Of a stretch of DNA of 64,000 nt, positions 58,450 to 64,000 are shown in pieces. The stretch comes from Planctomycetota bacterium. Lineage in GTDB: Bacteria; Planctomycetota; UBA1135; UBA2386. Numbering within the stretch: the first letter of the stretch is position 1; every line of letters starts with the position of its first letter. Both the position numbers and the translations under genes were made by a program. Under the pieces are notes generated by a model that ran no database searches, was not told the DNA's origin, and saw nothing but the letters and a program-made list of their open reading frames with translations. The stretch is from positions 1,376,001 through 1,440,000 of the forward strand of contig OZ245838.1 of assembly GCA_965228735.1 (NCBI GenBank), written 5' to 3'.

Positions 58450-59667
58450 TCAGCCGGCAACCACGAGCAGATCCCGCACGAACGCCTCGGACATCTCGAG
58501 CGTGAAGTCGAGGTCGTCGTGGCGCACGACGATCCAGCCGTCGCCCACCACGACCTTGCGCCAGTCCTTCTTCGGGTGCCCGACGGGCGTGAGCTCGATC
58601 GACGCGATGTGCGGGCCGTAGCGCTGCAGCAGCTCGCGCAGGCCGCGGTGCTCGACGACCGTGGACCCGGCCCCCTGCGCCCGCTTGAAGATCATCGACG
58701 CGTTGTACTTCGGCTTCGTGTCCTGACTCAGCCGGCCATAGCAGATCGCCTCGGCCCAGCCGCGAAACAGGTCGATGTCGTAGCCGTAGTTCATCGCGTG
58801 GACGAGCCGCGCGCCCGGCGGCCGACCGCCGATCTCGCCGAAGACCGCCTCGCCGCTCGCGGTCCGGAACCACTCCATGTGCGTGAACCCGGACTCGAAC
58901 CCGAGCGCCTGCAGCACGCCGTGCCCGAGCTCGACCCCCGGCCGCGGCAGCTCCGCGTGGATGTCCTTGAGCACGATGTTCTGCATCGAGATCCACTCGT
59001 GCTGCGCGAGGATCATCGGCTTGGGCTTGTACCACGACACGTTCTCGAACAGCACCTTGCCGCCGGCGCACACCGTGTCGTAGGTCAGCTCCTCGCCCTC
59101 GACGTACTCCTCGACCGAGATCTCCTCGACGTGGCGCGTGCGCGCGAGCGCCTGCTCGAACTCGGCCCGATCCCCGCAGCGGAACGTGTTCTGGCTGCCG
59201 GCCCCGTCGATCGGTTTGACGATCGCCGGATACCCGACCTGCTCGGCGACGGCCCACGCCTCGCTCTGCGTGCGCGCGCGCCCGTGCCGCGGCACGCGTA
59301 AACCGGCGGCCTCGACGGCCTGCTTCATCGCTTCCTTGTCGCGCACGACGGCGGTCTGCGCCATCGTCATGCCGGGCACGTCGAACGCGTGGCGCAGTCG
59401 CGCGGCCAGGTACATGAGGCGTTCCCACGAGCACTCGACCCGATCGACGCTGCGGCCACGGAGCCAGCTGCGCACGCGTTCGACCGCGGCCTCTTCGTCG
59501 GCGAACGAGCACTGCAGGTAGTCGGCGAGGACCTCGCGCGCCTCCTGCGGCAACGCCGCCGCCGGTTGGTCGCCGACGCCGTAGACGCGGGCACCGACCT
59601 GGGCGAGTCCGCGCGCGAACAGCGGCATCTCGGCGGGAAAGCCAGGACTGAGAAAGACGACGTTCAT
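58450..59667 (-). CDS. ATP-grasp domain ligase (paralog A)
   Basis: RDKEAMK, YPAIVKPIDGAGS, EEYVEGEE, THMEWF, EIGGRPPG. Confidence 0.88.
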   Translation of the reverse strand: MNVVFLSPGFPAEMPLFARGLAQVGARVYGVGDQPAAALPQEAREVLADYLQCSFADEEAAVERVRSWLRGRSVDRVECSWERLMYLAARLRHAFDVPGMTMAQTAVVRDKEAMKQAVEAAGLRVPRHGRARTQSEAWAVAEQVGYPAIVKPIDGAGSQNTFRCGDRAEFEQALARTRHVEEISVEEYVEGEELTYDTVCAGGKVLFENVSWYKPKPMILAQHEWISMQNIVLKDIHAELPRPGVELGHGVLQALGFESGFTHMEWFRTASGEAVFGEIGGRPPGARLVHAMNYGYDIDLFRGWAEAICYGRLSQDTKPKYNASMIFKRAQGAGSTVVEHRGLRELLQRYGPHIASIELTPVGHPKKDWRKVVVGDGWIVVRHDDLDFTLEMSEAFVRDLLVVAG

Positions 59668-59710
59668 GGTGCTTGCTGCGCGGGTCCCTGAGCGAACAAC
59701 TTGCGAGCGG

Positions 59711-60964
59711 TCAACTCCCGAGCTCGACACGCACGGTGGTGAGAATGCGGTCGGCAGCCGCCTGCACGACCTCGGTGTCCGGGTGCCGGACGATCACATG
59801 CCCCTCGCCCTCGTAGCTCGCGCTCGGCGCCTGACCGACCTCCGGCATCATCGCCTCGACGATCAGCGGGCCGAGCTCCTGCTCGATCTCCCGCACGCCG
59901 TGGACGGCCGTCACGCGCCGCGCGCCGCCGCGCCCCCGCTTGCCGTCCTGGCCGGCGAGCTGACCGCGCAGGTAGACCGCGGCGACCGCGTACTGCCGCG
60001 CCGGCGGCTCGAACCGTTCGAACACCATGAGCTCGGCGAACGCGCGATACATGTCGCGGTCGTAGGCGTAGCTCATGAGCGACACGAACTGCGCGCCCGG
60101 CGGCCGCGCGGCGACCTCGCCGATCGCGATCGAACCGTCGTCGCGCCGGAACCACTCCATGTGGGTCATCCCGGTCCACATGCCGAGCGCCTGCAGCGCC
60201 GCGGGACCGAAGCGGTGGATCTGGGCGTACTCCGGCCCGTCGATCTGGCGCGGGAGCACGACGCACCACTGGATCCACGGGTTGTCCATCACCGTGAGCG
60301 GCGTCGGGTGGTAGCTCGAGATGCTGTGCAGCACATGCATGCCGTGCAGCGTGATCGAGTCGAACGAGAACTCGCGCCCCTGCACGAACTCCTCGACGAG
60401 CACCTCGCGGCCGGGTGCGGGCCGCGTCGCCTGCAGGAAGTGCCGCAGGTCGTCCTGGTTCTCGCAGCGTGACGTCGACTTGGCCCCGGCCCCGGCCGGC
60501 GGTTTGGCGACGAGCGGATAGCCGATCGCGCTCGCGAACGCCTCGGCCATCGCCGCCGAGCTGCAGAGCCGGTGCCGCGCGGTGCCGATCCCGTGCGAGC
60601 TGAGCACCTCCTTCATGCGCGCCTTGTCGCGGAAGTTCCTGGCCTCCTGGCGATCCATACCGCGGATGGACAGCTCCTCGCGCACCTGGCCGAGCGGCTC
60701 CTGCAGCGGCTCGAGGATGCCGAGCAGGCGTTCGACCTCACCGTGGGCCGCGCCCAGCTCGCGCACCGAACGCGCGATCACCGCGGGATCGAGGGCGTCG
60801 CCGACCGTGCGCAGGTCCACGAGCCGATCGGTCAGGTCCGCGGGCAACGCGGATCGTTGGTCCTGCGTCACGACGCTGAGCTCGACGCCCGGCAGCGCGG
60901 CGACCGCGCGCGCGAATCGCAGCGAGCTTTGCATTCCGAACGGGATGACGAAGACGACGTGCAT
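59711..60964 (-). CDS. ATP-grasp domain ligase (paralog B)
   Basis: RDKARMK, YPLVAKPPAGAGA, EEFVQGRE, THMEWF, EVAARPPG. Confidence 0.88.
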   Translation of the reverse strand: MHVVFVIPFGMQSSLRFARAVAALPGVELSVVTQDQRSALPADLTDRLVDLRTVGDALDPAVIARSVRELGAAHGEVERLLGILEPLQEPLGQVREELSIRGMDRQEARNFRDKARMKEVLSSHGIGTARHRLCSSAAMAEAFASAIGYPLVAKPPAGAGAKSTSRCENQDDLRHFLQATRPAPGREVLVEEFVQGREFSFDSITLHGMHVLHSISSYHPTPLTVMDNPWIQWCVVLPRQIDGPEYAQIHRFGPAALQALGMWTGMTHMEWFRRDDGSIAIGEVAARPPGAQFVSLMSYAYDRDMYRAFAELMVFERFEPPARQYAVAAVYLRGQLAGQDGKRGRGGARRVTAVHGVREIEQELGPLIVEAMMPEVGQAPSASYEGEGHVIVRHPDTEVVQAAADRILTTVRVELGS

Positions 60965-61108
60965 GAGAGCGGAGCGGTCGCGCATGCTATTGCGACCACC
61001 GCGCCGTCGCTACCTTTGAGCCACCGCTCTCGCGCGGAGCGCCCATCGTTGCGAACTTCGGCGACACCACGCTCGCGTCGTGGCGGCCGGCATGCGAGCA
61101 TCGCAGTC

Positions 61109-62575
61109 ATGCGTCCCCTGCGCATCTGCCTCGCCGCCTCGGAGCTGTCGCCGTACGCCAAGACCGGCGGCCTCGCCGACGTGGTCACGGGTCTCGGCCG
61201 GTATCTCGGCCGGGCGGGCCACGAGACCCGCATCTTCGTGCCGCTGTATCGCAGCATCGCGGAGTCGGACCTCCAGACCACGGTGCTCGAACGAGCTCAG
61301 GACATCGACGTCCGGTTCCCCGACCGCACCGTCCGGTTCTCGATCCGGACCGCGACGTTGCCAGGGCAGGAGAACGGCAGCTCGCCGCAGGTGTGCTTCG
61401 TCGACTGCCCCGAGCTCTACCACCGGGCCGGCCTCTACACCGAGGACGGCGACGAGTCGCTGCGCTTCGCGACGCTCAACCGCGCCGTGCTCGACACGTG
61501 CCAGCGCCTCGGCTGGGCGCCGGACGTGATCCACTGCAACGACTGGCACACGAGCCTGATCCCGCTGCTGCTGCGCACGACGTATCACTGGGACAAGCTG
61601 TTCCGCAAGACCAGGACCCTGCTGACGATCCACAACATCGGCTACCAGGGCTCGTTCGCCGACAGCCACCTCAAGACGATCGGCCTCGACGATCAGCGCG
61701 CACACCTGCACCACGGCGACCTGCGCGACGGGCGCTTCGCGTTCCTCAAGACCGGCGTGCTGCACGCCAACAAGCTGTCCACGGTCTCGGTGACGTACGC
61801 CGAGGAGATCCAAACCGCGGAGTACGGCATGGGGATGGAAGAGCTGCTGCAGACGCGCAAGCGCGACCTGGTCGGCATCGTCAACGGCGTCGACTACGGC
61901 GACTGGGATCCGGCGACCGATCCGCTGATCCCGCACCACTACTCCGCCGACGATCCGAGCGGCAAGGCCAAGATGAAGGCCGCGCTGCTGCAGCGCATGG
62001 AGCTGCCGCACGACCCGCGCGCCCCGGTGTTCGGCGTCGTCTCGCGCCTCACGGCGCAGAAGGGCTTCGAGCTGTTCGCCGACTCGATCCCGGTCTTCCT
62101 GCAGCGCGAGGACATGCGCCTCGTCGTGCTCGGCTCGGGCGAGAGCAAGCACGAGACCTACTTCCAATGGCTGCGCGACACGTGGCCCGACAAGGTCGGG
62201 CTCTACCGCGGCTTCCACAACGAGCTCGCCCACTGGATCGAGGCCGGCAGCGACGTGTTCCTCATGCCGTCGCGCTTCGAGCCGTGCGGGCTCAACCAGA
62301 TGTACAGCCTGCGCTACGGCACCGCGCCGATCGTGCGCAAGACCGGCGGGCTCGCCGACACGGTGCAGCCGTGGGATCCCGCGGCCCGCACCGGCACGGG
62401 CTTTCTGTTCGAGGAGTACACGAGCCAGGCGCTCGCCGGCACGATCGACTGGTGCCTGCGCAACTGGCGCGACCAGGAGGGCTGGCGGCAGTTGATCAAG
62501 AACGGCATGCAGCGCGATTTCTCCTGGGACCGCCAGGGCGCCGAGTACGTGAAGCTCTACCGTGAGCTGGCCTGA
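61109..62575 (+). CDS. glgA: Glycogen synthase (GT5, ADP-glucose type)
   Basis: SELSPYAKTGGLADV, HCNDWHT, TIHNIGYQG, GIVNGVD..WDP, SRLTAQKG, MPSRFEPCGLNQMYSLRYG, TGGLADTV. Confidence 0.94.
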   Translation: MRPLRICLAASELSPYAKTGGLADVVTGLGRYLGRAGHETRIFVPLYRSIAESDLQTTVLERAQDIDVRFPDRTVRFSIRTATLPGQENGSSPQVCFVDCPELYHRAGLYTEDGDESLRFATLNRAVLDTCQRLGWAPDVIHCNDWHTSLIPLLLRTTYHWDKLFRKTRTLLTIHNIGYQGSFADSHLKTIGLDDQRAHLHHGDLRDGRFAFLKTGVLHANKLSTVSVTYAEEIQTAEYGMGMEELLQTRKRDLVGIVNGVDYGDWDPATDPLIPHHYSADDPSGKAKMKAALLQRMELPHDPRAPVFGVVSRLTAQKGFELFADSIPVFLQREDMRLVVLGSGESKHETYFQWLRDTWPDKVGLYRGFHNELAHWIEAGSDVFLMPSRFEPCGLNQMYSLRYGTAPIVRKTGGLADTVQPWDPAARTGTGFLFEEYTSQALAGTIDWCLRNWRDQEGWRQLIKNGMQRDFSWDRQGAEYVKLYRELA

Positions 62576-62643
62576 GCCGGACACGGCTCCGCCAGACCTC
62601 ACCGCTCGACCTCACCGGCCACCGACCGCAGAAACCCCACCCC

Positions 62644-63864
62644 ATGCACGTCGTTCTCGTCGAACCTGCCTTCCCAGCCAACCAGCGCGAGTTCCTGCGC
62701 GGCCTGCTCTCCACGGGCGCGCGCATCTCCGCGATCAGTGAGCGGCCACCCGAGGCGTTGCCCACCGACCTCCGAGAAGGACTGTTCCAGCACGAACGCA
62801 TCCGGTCCGTCGTCGACGAACGCGCGCTCGCCGACGCGGTCAAACGGTTGTCACAGCGCGCGCGCGTCGACCGACTCGAGGCGACGATCGAGGCCCACGT
62901 GATGGCCGCGGCCCACGTACGCGAGCACCTCGACATCCCCGGCACGACGAGCAAGACGGCGTGGCTCTGCCGCGACAAGCCGGCGATGAAGGACGCCGTT
63001 CGCGAAGCCGGGATCGCGTGTGCCGCGAGCGCGCGCGTGACGAGCCCCGAGGACGCGCGCGCGTTCGCCGAACGCGAAGGCTACCCGTTGATCCTCAAGC
63101 CGCTCGACGGCGCCGGCGCGTCCGGCACGCACAAGGTCGACGACGTCGACCAGCTCGAGTCGGTGATCGCGGAGCTCGGCGTCGACCGCGGGCGCGAGGT
63201 CGCGATCGAGGAGTTCCTGTCCGGCCACGAGGGTTTCTACGACTCTCTCTGCGTCGCGGGGAAGCCGGTGATCGACTTCGCGTGTCACTACTTCCCCAAC
63301 GTGCTCGAGGCGATGCGCACGCGCTGGATCTCGCCGCAGATCCTCGTGACGAATCGCATCGGCGAATCGACCTACGAAGAACTGCGTACGATGGGTCAGG
63401 CCGCGATCTCGGCGCTCGGCATCTGGACGTCGGCAACGCACATGGAGTGGTTCTTCGGCGAGAAGGGCCTGAAGTTCTCCGAGATCGGCTGCCGCCCGCC
63501 GGGCGTCGGCGTGTGGGACCTCTACTGCTCGGCCAACGAATTCGATCTCTACGCGGCGTGGGGCCACGCGATCGTGCACGAGGACGTGCCGTTCGAACCG
63601 TCGCGCAAGTACGCCGCCGGGATGATCGCGCTGCGCCCCGAGAAGGACGGGACGATCACGGGCTACGACGGGCTCGACGAACTGCAGCGCCGCTACGGCG
63701 AGTGGATCCTCGACGTGCACACGCCGCCGCCGGGCACCAGGACGCAGGGCGTCGAGGCGGGCTACATGGCCAACGCCTGGATCCGCATGCGGCACCCGGA
63801 CTACGACGCGCTGCGTTCGATGTTCGATACCGTCGGCGAGTTGGTGAAGGTGCGCGCGCGCTGA
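62644..63864 (+). CDS. ATP-grasp domain ligase (paralog C)
   Basis: RDKPAMK, YPLILKPLDGAGA, EEFLSGHE, THMEWF, EIGCRPPG. Confidence 0.88.
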   Translation: MHVVLVEPAFPANQREFLRGLLSTGARISAISERPPEALPTDLREGLFQHERIRSVVDERALADAVKRLSQRARVDRLEATIEAHVMAAAHVREHLDIPGTTSKTAWLCRDKPAMKDAVREAGIACAASARVTSPEDARAFAEREGYPLILKPLDGAGASGTHKVDDVDQLESVIAELGVDRGREVAIEEFLSGHEGFYDSLCVAGKPVIDFACHYFPNVLEAMRTRWISPQILVTNRIGESTYEELRTMGQAAISALGIWTSATHMEWFFGEKGLKFSEIGCRPPGVGVWDLYCSANEFDLYAAWGHAIVHEDVPFEPSRKYAAGMIALRPEKDGTITGYDGLDELQRRYGEWILDVHTPPPGTRTQGVEAGYMANAWIRMRHPDYDALRSMFDTVGELVKVRAR

Positions 63865-64000
63865 GGACCGACGCGCCGCCGACACGGCCGAGCGTACGAA
63901 CACCCGGGACCGTAGAACGGCCCGGGCATCATCCATCGCGGTCATTGCCCCCGAGTTCGTCCGTAAGCACCTCTCGATGGCGCGTCCGGCTCCTGCAGTG

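Noticed and set aside
58450..63864. Graspetide/microviridin RiPP cluster or carbamoyl-phosphate synthase
   Set aside because: No precursor peptide, transporter or RimK-like motifs seen; proteins are single ~410-aa units without CarB duplication or carA

Overview
A high-GC (roughly 70%), gene-dense bacterial chromosomal segment, most likely from a Planctomycetota-type organism. That assignment is inferred from the PEP-CTERM protein, the prenyltransferase-like '-LEIYYRY' proteins, the PilM-PilN fusion and the DUF4388/PQQ protein. I see no CRISPR array, rRNA, transposase or integrase. Housekeeping genes include rpmI-rplT-pheS-pheT, scpB, tRNA-Glu(TTC), rsmE, rlmI-like and rluA-like genes, transporters, and tricorn and S46 peptidases. 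Highlights: (1) a ~19 kb minus-strand type II secretion/type IV filament-like operon (FHA membrane protein, PilM-N fusion, PilO-like, TPR protein, five prepilin-like proteins, Zn-finger protein, parvulin). It has no ATPase, platform or secretin, and its 1735-aa GspK-like member is built from a repeated module resembling phage-tail proteins. (2) An AhpD-like gene split by the ORF caller at an in-frame TGA that falls at the second Cys of CxxC and is followed by a SECIS-like hairpin, so it is very likely a selenoprotein. (3) Three paralogous ATP-grasp ligases divergently flanking a glycogen synthase. (4) A small PEP-CTERM protein that also has a lipobox, preceded by a sigma54-type promoter. (5) A membrane protein combining a FliM-like N-terminal peptide, DUF4388, an MshEN c-di-GMP motif, TPR, PEGA and PQQ domains. 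(6) A shared C-terminal domain on two exported proteins that may be a sorting signal. All family calls come from motif recognition by eye; no searches were run.
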